Source of the DNA: Thermoplasmata archaeon
GTDB lineage: Archaea; Thermoplasmatota; SW-10-69-26; JACQPN01; JAJPHT01
Reading direction: 5' to 3'
Assembly (NCBI GenBank): GCA_034667685.1
Contig: JAXDQU010000062.1
Coordinates: forward strand, 1-28,425
DNA length: 28,425 bases
The position numbers and the translations under genes are program-made. The notes under the pieces are model-generated. The model did no database searches. It was given only the letters and a program-made list of their open reading frames with translations, and had not been told where the DNA came from. Positions 16,085 to 25,900 of this stretch are shown piece by piece; the first letter of the stretch is position 1; each line of letters starts with the position of its first letter.

Positions 16085-16417
16085 ATGGCCCTGCGCGCCA
16101 CCTCCGGACCCGAGCCCTCCACGCGCTCCGCGAAGACCGGCGAGGCGGTGACGTTCCGCGCGAAGGTGGAGAACACGGCCGCCGCGCCCGCGAGCGTCGC
16201 GCTCTTCGCCGAGGACCTGAAGGAGGGCGTGATGGCCTTCGACCCGCCCTCGGCCGCGGTCCCCGCGAAGTCGCGCAAGCCGCTCCAGTTCGTCTGGACG
16301 GCCGCGCTTCCCGAGGGCAAGGACGCGCACACGTGGCGCGGATCGCTCGTGCTGCGCGATGCGCAGAGCGGCCAGGTCGTCGGCCGCGCCTCGCTTGACC
16401 TGTACGTCTCGCCCTGA
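16085..16417 (+). CDS. Hypothetical Ig-like beta-sandwich protein
   Basis: GEAVTFRAKVENT...FDPPSAAVPA pattern; no signal peptide. Confidence 0.7.
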   Translation: MALRATSGPEPSTRSAKTGEAVTFRAKVENTAAAPASVALFAEDLKEGVMAFDPPSAAVPAKSRKPLQFVWTAALPEGKDAHTWRGSLVLRDAQSGQVVGRASLDLYVSP

Positions 16418-16470
16418 CGCTGCGCGTCCTGCTCCGGAAGCATGATGCTGCGTCACTCCGGCGCGCAACC

Positions 16471-17706
16471 GTGCTCTTCATCCCCCGTACCCCCGAGGAC
16501 TGGGTCGTCTGGTTCGGCATCCTGGTGCTCGCCTCGGGCCTCACGTTCGTCCACCTGGGCGTCCTCCTGGCGCGCCGCGCGCTCCTCAAGCTGCGCGGGC
16601 GGCGCTGGCGCGACGTGCCATCCGACTTCTTCGTCGCGGGCGCCCCCCCGCGCGAGCCGACCATCGCCTTCCTCGTCGCGGTCTACAACGACGCGCTCAC
16701 GATCGGGCCGTGCGTCGAGAGCATCCTCGCGCAGTCGCGTCCGCTCGATCAGATCGTGGTCGTCGACGATGGAAGCACCGACGGGACGCCCGCCGTCCTC
16801 GACACGTTCCGCTCGCGCGGCGTCACCGTCCTGCGCATGCCGCGGAACGGGGGCAAGACGGCCGCGATCGAGGAGGGGCTCCGGCACGTGCGGACCGAGC
16901 TCGTGGCGATCACCGACGCCGACAGCCTGGTCCACCGCGACTACGTCAAGGAGATCATCCCGAGCTTCGAGGACCCCGAGGTCGCGGGCGTGGGCGGCGC
17001 GGTCGAGAGCCTGCCGCACTCGTGGGTCACGGCGGCGCGCTCCGTCGAGTACATGATCACGCTGCGGCTCGACCGCACGGCGGAGGACGCGATGGACAGC
17101 CTCCTCGTGCTCCCGGGCGTCAGCTCGACGTACCGGCGTCGCGTGCTTGTTCGCATGGGGTTCGAGCACGACACGATCGCGGAGGACTTCGACCTCACGT
17201 TCCGCATGCAGAGGGCGGGCCACAAGCTCACCATGAACCGGCGCGCGGTCGTCTACACGTCCGACCCGCCCACGCTGCGGAGCTATCACCGCCAGCTCAC
17301 GCGCTGGTACACGGACCTCTGGATCACCGTGCGCAAGCACCGCGGCATGCTCGGCCGCCGCCTCTTCGGCGCGGTGGAGGTCCCGCTGCTCGTCGTGAAC
17401 CTCTGGGTCTACAGCGTGCTGATCCTCGCGGCTCCGCTCTACTTCCTGCTGTTCGATCCGGGCCGTCTGGTGAGCTTCCTCTTCTGGGAGCTGGTGATGG
17501 ACGTGGCGTTCGTGGCGCTCGCGCTGCGGGTGTACGGCAGGCCGCACGTCCTCTGGGGGCTGCTCTCGCGCTACCCGACGCGCCTGATCGCGCGGTGGGT
17601 GACGCTCGTGACGTTCTTCCGCGTCGCGGTCGGGCGCCCGGGGATGGCGTGGACGAAGCTGGAGCGCCGGGCCACGGCGGGATTGCTCCACGCGGCCTCG
17701 CGATAG
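16471..17706 (+). CDS. Processive GT2 glycosyltransferase (PgaC/IcaA/cellulose-synthase-like)
   Basis: N-terminal TM, DDGSTD, DAD, AEDFD, QLTRW (QxxRW), C-terminal TMs. Confidence 0.92.
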   Translation: MLFIPRTPEDWVVWFGILVLASGLTFVHLGVLLARRALLKLRGRRWRDVPSDFFVAGAPPREPTIAFLVAVYNDALTIGPCVESILAQSRPLDQIVVVDDGSTDGTPAVLDTFRSRGVTVLRMPRNGGKTAAIEEGLRHVRTELVAITDADSLVHRDYVKEIIPSFEDPEVAGVGGAVESLPHSWVTAARSVEYMITLRLDRTAEDAMDSLLVLPGVSSTYRRRVLVRMGFEHDTIAEDFDLTFRMQRAGHKLTMNRRAVVYTSDPPTLRSYHRQLTRWYTDLWITVRKHRGMLGRRLFGAVEVPLLVVNLWVYSVLILAAPLYFLLFDPGRLVSFLFWELVMDVAFVALALRVYGRPHVLWGLLSRYPTRLIARWVTLVTFFRVAVGRPGMAWTKLERRATAGLLHAASR

Positions 17707-17790
17707 CGGAATCGCTCGGTCGCCCCGAGCGACCGGGAGTTCCGGCGCGTGGCTCAGAAACGGTATCGACGCATCCAGGAAGGGCGGCGC

Positions 17791-19386
17791 ATGGACCGCA
17801 GCTCCCTCGCGCGCATGGCCTTGCTCGTCGCGTTCGTCTTCCTTGCCGCGAACGCGATCGTTCCGTTCGAGGGAAGCGCGAGCACGACGAGCCTGAAGAC
17901 GCCGGGCGGCGCGCTCGTGCTCACGTTCGACGCGGGCTATGCGACGGACCTGGACGCGGCCGCGATCCTGGAATCGCACGGCTACCGCGGGACGTTCTAC
18001 ATCATCACCGACCAGCTCCACGTCGGGCCCTTCTACACGGCGTTCCTCTCGCGCGAGGACGTCGCCAACCTCTCGGCGGCGGGCCACGACATCGAGTCGC
18101 ACACGGCGAGCCACCCGGACCTCACCACGGTGAGCGCGTCCGAGCTTCAGAGCGAGCTCGCCGACTCGCGCTTCACGCTCGAGCAGATCACGGGCAAGCC
18201 GGTGAAGCACCTCGCCTACCCGTACGGCTCGGTGAACGCCACGGTCGCCGCGGAGACGTCGCTCTACTATGACTCGGGCCGCACGCTCACGACGGACCCG
18301 CACGACTTCCTCTTCACGATCGACGCGTACCACCTCCCGGGGCTCGTCGTGCAGCGCTCGACGACGCTCGCGACGGCCGAGGGCTACGTGGACTTCGCGC
18401 AGGCGAACAACGTGGCGGTCATCCTCGACTTCCAGAGCATCACGGAGACGCCCGGGACCTACGACTGGACGCCGGAGAACCTCACGGCCCTCGCCGACTA
18501 CGCGCAGGCCCACACGGCGAACGTCGAGACGATCGCCCAGCTCTTCGCCTCCGCCGCCACGACGGGGCCGCAGGGTCCGCCCGGGCCCCAGGGTCCCCAG
18601 GGTCCGCAGGGTCCGGCCGGTCCGACCGGGCCGCAGGGCCCCGCGGGCGTCAACGGCACCGATGGCGCGCAGGGTCCCGCGGGTCCGCAGGGTCCCGCTG
18701 GCGTGAACGGTACGGACGGCCAACAAGGTCCCGCTGGCCCCCAGGGCCCGGCTGGCGTGAACGGCACAGACGGCGCCCAAGGCCCCGCGGGTCCGCAAGG
18801 GCCCGCGGGCGTGAACGGGACGGATGGCGCGCAGGGTCCTGCCGGACCGCAAGGCCCAGCCGGCGTCAACGGAACGAACGGCGCGCAGGGCCCCGCCGGT
18901 CCGCAGGGTCCCGCTGGTGTGAATGGAACGGATGGCGCGCAGGGTCCGGCGGGGCCACAGGGCCCTGCCGGTGTGAATGGCACGAACGGCGCGCAAGGTC
19001 CCGCCGGTCCGCAAGGTCCCGCGGGTGTCAATGGAACGAACGGCGCGCAAGGCCCGCAGGGCGTGCAGGGTCCGCAAGGCCCGCCCGGTCCGTCGGGCAC
19101 GGCGAACCTCACCTACGTGTCCAGCGCCGTGACGAACGTGACCGCCACGACCGCCGGCACGCAGCTCACGGTGAACGCGACGTGCCCCGCCGGCACGAAG
19201 GTGCTCGGCGGAGGCGGGATCGTGGGGACGACGGGCGGGCAGCTGGAGAAGGTCTCGCTCCAGGCCTCGTGGCCCGCGACGAACGCCACGTGGTCGGCCA
19301 CGGGCATCATCACGGCGCAGATGACGGGCGGCGCGGGCGCGCCCAAGATGACCGTGCAAGCGTGGGCCGTCTGCGCAGGACCATGA
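17791..19386 (+). CDS. Secreted polysaccharide-deacetylase-like (CE4) domain fused to a collagen triple-helix region and C-terminal beta domain
   Basis: Signal peptide, [20 protein letters not shown], 60 Gly-X-Y triplets, CPAG..VLGGG...AVC. Confidence 0.9.
   Translation: MDRSSLARMALLVAFVFLAANAIVPFEGSASTTSLKTPGGALVLTFDAGYATDLDAAAILESHGYRGTFYIITDQLHVGPFYTAFLSREDVANLSAAGHDIESHTASHPDLTTVSASELQSELADSRFTLEQITGKPVKHLAYPYGSVNATVAAETSLYYDSGRTLTTDPHDFLFTIDAYHLPGLVVQRSTTLATAEGYVDFAQANNVAVILDFQSITETPGTYDWTPENLTALADYAQAHTANVETIAQLFASAATTGPQGPPGPQGPQGPQGPAGPTGPQGPAGVNGTDGAQGPAGPQGPAGVNGTDGQQGPAGPQGPAGVNGTDGAQGPAGPQGPAGVNGTDGAQGPAGPQGPAGVNGTNGAQGPAGPQGPAGVNGTDGAQGPAGPQGPAGVNGTNGAQGPAGPQGPAGVNGTNGAQGPQGVQGPQGPPGPSGTANLTYVSSAVTNVTATTAGTQLTVNATCPAGTKVLGGGGIVGTTGGQLEKVSLQASWPATNATWSATGIITAQMTGGAGAPKMTVQAWAVCAGP
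18565..19104 (+). repeat. Collagen (Gly-X-Y)60 coding repeat with 54-nt period
   Basis: Unit GVNGT[D/N][12 protein letters not shown]; 8 GVNGT copies. Confidence 0.95.
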
Positions 19387-19453
19387 GGCCGCGGGGGTCG
19401 CTTGCGGCGACCTCCGGACAGCCTTTATGGCCGATGCGCCGCCTCGCGCAGCC

Positions 19454-21622
19454 GTGTTCTGCCCGACGTGCCGCTCGCTCCTGCAGCGGCGCATGGTCCG
19501 CGGCCGCCCGGTGGCGTTCTGCCCCCAGTGCGACGGCGTCGGCAGCGACAGCAAGCCGCTCGCCTGGTTCACCAAGAAGGGGAACGGACCGGACCGCAGC
19601 AGCGAGGCCGCGAAGGTGGCCGCGAGCGTCCGGCCGCAGGTCCACGCCTCGGTGAAGCGCGCGAAGCCCGGCGCGGAGGAGCCGCGCCGGCCGCGCGACC
19701 TCCCGCCGCCCACGAAGCTGGAGGTCCCGCCCGGCATGGACCTCTTCCCCTTCGGCGAGGTGCGCGAAGGGCAGAGGCAGTTCCTCGCCGACGTGGCCGA
19801 GGCCGTCGCGCAGAAGCGCCACCTTCTCGCGCACGCGCCCACCGGCCTCGGGAAGACCGTGAGCACGCTGGCGCCGCTCGTGAAGTACGCGCTGGAGCAC
19901 GAGAAGCGCGTCTTCTTCCTCACGAGCAAGCAGAGCCAGCACAAGATCGCCGTGGACACGCTCAAGGCGATCCGCCAGAAGGCGGGAGTTCCTTTCGTCG
20001 TGGCCGACGTCATCGGCAAGCAGGACATGTGCCCGCGTCCGGAAGCGCGCGACATGTTCTCGAAGCGCTTCGCCGAGTTCTGCCGCCGCGAGCAGGTCAC
20101 GAAGAGCTGCGAATACTGGGAGACGGGCAACGCGCCCGCGATCAAGATCCTCCGGCAGCGCCCGCACCACGTCGAGGAGTTGGTCATCGTCTCGACCGAG
20201 TGCACGGTCTGCCCGCACCAGGCCGCGCTCGACCTTGCCGCGCAGGCGCACGTCGTCGTGTGCGACTACAACTACTTCTTCAGCGACCTGCGCGCCCAGA
20301 TGCAGGAGCGCATGAAGGTCGACCTGGAGAACGTGCTCCTGGTGGTGGACGAGGCGCACAACCTGCCCGACCGCATCCGCGACCACCTGACGCTGACGCT
20401 CTCGGACTACGTGCTCGACGACGCCATCGACGAGGCCAACGACCTGGAGGACGAGGCGCTCAAGCGAAGCATCGAGGTCCTGCGGCTCGTGCTCTCCGAC
20501 CTCGCGGAGATCGAGCCGCCCGAGGAGCCCGACCGCATCAGCCGCCACGAGCGTTTCGTCGCGCGCGAGGAGCTCGTCCAGGCCGTCAACGACGCGTTCG
20601 GCAAGAAGCGCAGCACGCTGACCATCCAGGATTACGACGGGCTCGTCGAGGACGTCGAGACGGCGCGGGCCGAGTACGAGACGGAATACAAGGACGACTC
20701 GCGCGGCCTGGCCGAGCTGCACGAGTTCCTCGTCAACTGGCGCAACGAGCGGCGCGGCCTCGCCCGCATCCTCACGCGAGAGCCGACGCCCTCGCTCGCC
20801 TACAAGATCCTCGACGCCGCCGTGCTCGCGAAGCCCGTGTTCGACGCCGTGCACGCCAGCGTCGTGATGAGCGGCACGCTCCACCCGCTGGAGATGACGC
20901 GCGACGTGCTGGGCCTCGACCCCGCGCGCTCCACGCTGCGCGAGTACGCGAGCCCGTTCCCGCGCGAGAACCGCCTCGTGCTCGTGGACGGCAGCGTCAC
21001 CACGGGCTACAAGGAGCGCACGCCGCAGATGTGGCGCGACATCGCCACGCGGCTCGCGCAGATCGCCGAGGCGACGCCGGGCAACGTGGCCGCGTTCTTC
21101 CCGAGCTACGCCATCATGGACCAGGTGCGCGAGCACGTCGAGGCCGCGCTGGACACGGGCAAGCAGGTCGTCGTCGAGGAGCGCGGCGCCGACAAGGCGG
21201 CCAAGGAGGCGATGGTCAACGTGCTGCGCCGCGGCGTGGCGAACGCGCTCCTCCTGGGCGTGCAGGGCGGCTCGCTCTCCGAGGGGTACGACTACGAGGA
21301 CAACCTGCTCAAGGCCGTCGTCATCGTCGGGCTCCCGTTCGCGCAGCCCAGCCTGGAGGTCGAGGCGCTCACCGCCTACTACGAGAAGAAGTTCGGCGTC
21401 GGCATGGGCCGCCCCTACGCCTACGTGCATCCGACGTTCCACCGCGTCCTCCAGGGCGCGGGGCGCTGCATCCGCGGGCCGAACGACCGCGGCGTGATCG
21501 CGCTCCTCGACAAGCGCTTCGGCTGGGGAAGCTATCGTTCCTCCTACCCGCCCGACTTCAACCCGAAGCCCACCGACGATCTGGTGGGCGAGGTCAAGCG
21601 GTTCTGGTCGCGGCGAGCGTAG
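19454..21622 (+). CDS. xpd: XPD/Rad3 Fe-S DNA helicase with N-terminal zinc ribbon
   Basis: REGQ, APTGLGKT, Fe-S cysteines, DEAH, SGTL, SEGYD, QGAGRCIR, LLDKR; GTG 19454 (MFCPTC) preferred to ATG 19427 from TATA spacing. Confidence 0.9.
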   Translation: MFCPTCRSLLQRRMVRGRPVAFCPQCDGVGSDSKPLAWFTKKGNGPDRSSEAAKVAASVRPQVHASVKRAKPGAEEPRRPRDLPPPTKLEVPPGMDLFPFGEVREGQRQFLADVAEAVAQKRHLLAHAPTGLGKTVSTLAPLVKYALEHEKRVFFLTSKQSQHKIAVDTLKAIRQKAGVPFVVADVIGKQDMCPRPEARDMFSKRFAEFCRREQVTKSCEYWETGNAPAIKILRQRPHHVEELVIVSTECTVCPHQAALDLAAQAHVVVCDYNYFFSDLRAQMQERMKVDLENVLLVVDEAHNLPDRIRDHLTLTLSDYVLDDAIDEANDLEDEALKRSIEVLRLVLSDLAEIEPPEEPDRISRHERFVAREELVQAVNDAFGKKRSTLTIQDYDGLVEDVETARAEYETEYKDDSRGLAELHEFLVNWRNERRGLARILTREPTPSLAYKILDAAVLAKPVFDAVHASVVMSGTLHPLEMTRDVLGLDPARSTLREYASPFPRENRLVLVDGSVTTGYKERTPQMWRDIATRLAQIAEATPGNVAAFFPSYAIMDQVREHVEAALDTGKQVVVEERGADKAAKEAMVNVLRRGVANALLLGVQGGSLSEGYDYEDNLLKAVVIVGLPFAQPSLEVEALTAYYEKKFGVGMGRPYAYVHPTFHRVLQGAGRCIRGPNDRGVIALLDKRFGWGSYRSSYPPDFNPKPTDDLVGEVKRFWSRRA

Positions 21623-21764
21623 CGCGCCGGGTGCGCGCGGCGCGGTGTCGCAGGCCCGGCGCGAAAGCGCCGGAGCCGGAGACCGCGCGCGGAGCGCGCG
21701 TTTCGCGCCGCGCGCTCGCCGCCCCGAGGATCGGCCGCTTGCGGCCGACCGCAGAGGAGCGGCG

Positions 21765-22535
21765 CTACAGCGACTCGCCACCGGCCATGATCTCGGCCAG
21801 GCTGACGCGGTCCGACGTCGAGATGGCGAAGCACTCGTCGCCCCACGCGAAGTCGACCTCCACCGAGAGGCCGTACACGGTGGCGTCGGGCATCACCACG
21901 CCCTCGTCGCGCAGGTGACGCAGCGCGCCGTGGCTCACGACCAGCCGGCGCGGCGTGGCGCCCGTCGCGGCCAGGCGCTCCAGCGAGGCGTGGACGGTGG
22001 CGCTCAGCGTGCGGCCCGGCGCGCGCCCCTCGTGCGCGCCCCGCGCCCCCTCGTCGCGCCCGCGGCGCAGCATCGACTCGGCCACGGTGTTCGCGCCGAT
22101 CAGCGTGCGCAGCTCGTCCGCGTGCATGCGGTCGCGGTCGGCGAGCTTCATCAGCGCCTCGCGCAGGGGTGGCGTGGGCGCCTGCATCGCGGCCATGACG
22201 ACGGCCTCGGTGTTGCCCTCCTTGAGCGCGAGCATGTCCTCCATGGCGCGGCGCTGCAGCTCGCGGGCCAACGCCTCGAAGCGCGCGGGGTCGGGGCGCG
22301 TCCCCTCCCACGTCTTCGCGACGCCCAGCATCTCCAGCGCCTCGCGCAACGTGTCGCGGCTGACCTGGAGCAGCGCGCCGCGCATCGCCGGATCGGGCTC
22401 CTGCCGCGCCAGGGCCAGGAACCAGTCGCCCAGGAAGTGCGACTTGTAGAGGAGGAGCGGCACGAGCACGTCGCGCATGGCGGGCGAGAAGCCGCCCAGC
22501 GTCGCCTCGACCTCGGTGATGCGCTGCTCCGCCAC
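21765..22535 (-). CDS. Ferritin-like helical bundle fused to a domain resembling the encapsulin/HK97 A-domain
   Basis: Two helix pairs (WFLALARQEPDPAMRGALL..., LREALMKLADRDRMHADEL), then SLERLAATGATPRRLVVS...VYGLSVEVD. CDS is solid; fold call is by eye. Confidence 0.6.
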   Translation of the reverse strand: MAEQRITEVEATLGGFSPAMRDVLVPLLLYKSHFLGDWFLALARQEPDPAMRGALLQVSRDTLREALEMLGVAKTWEGTRPDPARFEALARELQRRAMEDMLALKEGNTEAVVMAAMQAPTPPLREALMKLADRDRMHADELRTLIGANTVAESMLRRGRDEGARGAHEGRAPGRTLSATVHASLERLAATGATPRRLVVSHGALRHLRDEGVVMPDATVYGLSVEVDFAWGDECFAISTSDRVSLAEIMAGGESL

Positions 22536-22587
22536 GCGAAGGCAGGTCGGGCGAAGGTGCAAAAAGGCGGCGCCTGCATCGCGCTGC

Positions 22588-22950
22588 GTGCACGAGCGCC
22601 CCGACGCCGCGACGATGGAGCGCCTCCTCGCCGAGCACGACCTCGTCGTCGTGGACTACTACGCCACGTGGTGCATCCCGTGCAAGGCGTACTCGCCCAA
22701 GTTCGCGCGGCTGGAGCGCGAGGTGCGCCGCCAGTTCCCCGAGGCCAAGGTCGCCTTCGTCAGCGTCGACGTCGACCGCGACCACGACGAGGCGCGGCGC
22801 GCCGGCGTCCAAAGCGTGCCGACCACCGTCGCGTGGCGCATGAAGAAGGGATGGTTCGGCCGGAAGCGCAAGGCCGCGCTGCGGTTCAGCGGCGACCGGC
22901 CGTGGGAGGACCTTCTACGGTCGTTCCGTGCCCTCATCGAGGGCCACTAG
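22588..22950 (+). CDS. Thioredoxin family protein
   Basis: VVVDYYATWCIPCK, VDVD, VQSVPT; start GTG 22588 or ATG 22615. Confidence 0.92.
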   Translation: MHERPDAATMERLLAEHDLVVVDYYATWCIPCKAYSPKFARLEREVRRQFPEAKVAFVSVDVDRDHDEARRAGVQSVPTTVAWRMKKGWFGRKRKAALRFSGDRPWEDLLRSFRALIEGH

Positions 22951-25900
22951 CACCCCCCGAGCGGGTTCGGGTACGGCTTCGCGCAGTCCGTGTTCGAGGA
23001 CGGACCCGGGCCCACGGCGTTCGTCGCGGTCGCGTAGTACCAGTACGTCGTCGCCGGCGTGAGCCCCGAGTCCGTGTACGTCAGCGTGGGCGCGGGGATC
23101 GTCGCCACGAACGAGAAGGGGCCGCTCGCCGCCGTCGCGCGGTAGAGCTGATAGCTCGTGACCGCCGTGCCGCCCGTGCTCGCGGGCGCGCTCCAGACCA
23201 CGTTGATCTGGTTCAGGCTCGTGCCGGTCTGCGCGTCGAGCGACAGGGGCGCGCTGGGGACCGTCCAGGTCGTCGCGCCCACCGAACTCGTCTGCGGTCC
23301 CTCGCCGACCACGTTGCTCGCCGAGACGACGTAGTAGCGCGAGGCGCCGTTGCCCAGACCGGTGTCGGTGTAGGCCAGCGTCGCCGCGCCCGTGGTCGCC
23401 AGGAGCGAGAAGGGGCCGCTGGAGGACGTTCCCCGGTAGACGGTGTAGCCCGTCACCGCGGTCCCTCCATTGCTGGCCGGCGCGGCCCACGTCAGGCGGA
23501 TCTGACCGGGGCTGGGACCCGCGGTCGCCGCCGGGCTCTGCGGCGCGCCGGGCACGGTCCACGTCGTCGCGCCCGAGGCGCCGCTCTGGGGGCCTTCCCC
23601 GACCGCGTTGCTCGCCGAGACGACGTAGTAGCGCGTCGCGCCGTTGCCCAGGCCGCTGTCCGTGTACGTCAACGTCGAGCCGCTCGTGGTCCCCACGAAC
23701 GAGAAGGGACCGGTGGACGACGTGCCGCGATAGACCGTGTAGCCCGTGATGGCCGTGCCGCCATTGCTGGCGGGCGCGGCCCACGTGAGCCTGATCTGAC
23801 CTGGGCTCGGGCCGGCGCTTGCGGCGAGGTTCTGCGGCGCGCCGGGCACCGCCCACGTGGTGGCGCTCGCGGTGCCGCTCTGGGGGCCTTCGCCCAGGGA
23901 GTTCGTCGCGCTGACGCGATAGAAGCGCGCCACGCCGTTCCCGAGGCCGCTCTCCGCGTAGCTGAACGTCGAGCCGCCCGTCGTGCCCAGGAGCGAGAAG
24001 GGACCCGACGAGGAGGACGCCCCGTACACGTTGTACTGCGTGATCGCGCTGCCTCCGTTGCTCGCCGGCGCGCTCCAGCTCACCGTGATCTGCCCGACGC
24101 CCGGGCCCGCCGCGGCGGCGGGGCTCTGCGGCGCGCTGGGCGGGGAGGGCACGCAATTGTTGGGCGCGCACGAGAGCGAGACCTGCAGGCTCCCGGCCGC
24201 GCCGTTCTTGCCGCCCACCTGGATTGCGTACGCGGTGCCGCCCACGGCGTTGAAGCTGATCTGGCTCGTGGTCGCGCCGCTGCTGTCGCACGTGACCTGC
24301 GCGAGGGAGTTGATGCTGCTCCCCGTGTAGGCCGCGAGCGTCGTGCTGAAGCTGGACCCGGCGGTCGTCACCGTCACGGTGCCGCTGACCGCGGGCGTGT
24401 AGCTGTACCAGACCGTGTTCGTCTGGGAGCCGCACGTCGCGCTCCAGGGCTCGGTGCCCAGCGCGGTCGCGGCCATCTCGTGCGTCGCGGTCGTCGTGCC
24501 CACCGTCTGCGCATAGGGCGCGCTGCCGATGCCCGTGCGGGCGGCGAAGTCGTCGTTGGCCGGGGGCGTGCCGAACTGGATGAACGCGTTGTACTTGTGG
24601 CCCTGGTTCCAGTGGTTGAAGATCCAGGTGCCGGGCGTCGGGTTCGGGTTGAAGTAGTCGTCGTAGCCGCAGTCGTAGCGAAGCGTGCTGCACGGGTCCG
24701 CGGGGTTGTCCGCGTCGTTGTCGCACATCATGCTGCGCTTGTCGGTGCAGTGGCTGCCGCCGTCCGAATGGGGCGCGTTGGAGTTGACGGCGCCCATCGC
24801 GTGCCCCACCTCGTGCATCATGTCGGCCGCGCCGTGCTCGGAGTCGTCGCAGAAGATGACCGACCATCCGTTGCCGCCGGCGTAGCCATTCAGGGAGCTG
24901 AACGCGTTGCTCCCGGTGGCGCCGGTCTCGAAGCCATAGCCGCAGTCGTAGCGCTTCTCGAACCAGATGATGTACTTCGTGTTCGGCGCCGAGAAGCTCG
25001 GCTGGAGGGCGCCCACGACGTCGCCGCTGCTGGGCACGTTCACGCCGACGTCCTGGACATCGACCTGCCCGCCGCTGCATTTCACGACGTAGTCCGCCGT
25101 GCGGCCGCCCTGCAACGAGGCGTCGTAGTGCAGGAAGCTGTTCATCTCGCCCACGAGGGCGCGCAGGCGGGCCGCCCGCTGGTTGTAGAGGTCGGGCGCG
25201 TCGTTCGCGTGCACGTAGAGCAGCTCGAAGTGCGGGTTGGCCAGGTTGGCGGCGCAGATCGGATCGTGGGGCAGGACGGGGCTCGGGACGAACGGATCCT
25301 GGTGGAAGCTCATGCACCCGCTCGCCTGGAAGAGCAGGTTGCCGGTGGCGCCGTTGAGGCCGCCCACCTGGATGCGGTACTCCTGGCCGGCGACGCAGGT
25401 GAACTCGATGTGCGACTGCGTCGTGCCCGAGTCGTCGTTGTTGCACGTCACCTGCGGGCTGCCCAGGCTGGTGCCCGAGTACGCGGCCAGCACGGTGTTG
25501 TAGTCCGAGCCCCAGGTGCTGATGCGCGCGGTGCCGCTGTGCCTGGCGACGAACTTGAACCAGACGGTGCCGCCCGTGATGGAGGTGCCGCACGTCGTGC
25601 TCTCGCCGACCTCGGTGCCGGCCCCCGCCGTGCTCTCGCGGACCGTGTAGACGTAGTCGTCGGCCACGAGGGCGGGCGTGGCGAATGCGTTGTTCATCAC
25701 CGTCGTGCCCGACCCGGTGATCTTCAGGCCGCTGGCGACGTCGTTGAAGTTGACGTACGAGCGCGAGAGGTCGGGCTGGTCATGGACGACCACGAGCGGC
25801 GTGCCCACGCCGCTGGGGTCCGAGGGCGTGTTGAGGTAGAGCGAGGCGACGTATCCCTCCTTCACCCAGAGGCTCGAAGGCTGGTCGTTGACGGCGGTGC

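Noticed and set aside
18498-19112. Minus-strand Cys/Pro repeat protein (GPCGPA...)
   Set aside because: It is the antisense reading of the collagen repeat.
21650-21680. SRP helix-8-like CAGG...GAAA...AGC
   Set aside because: The stem between the internal loop and tetraloop is too long, and the 140-nt spacer cannot hold an archaeal 7S RNA.
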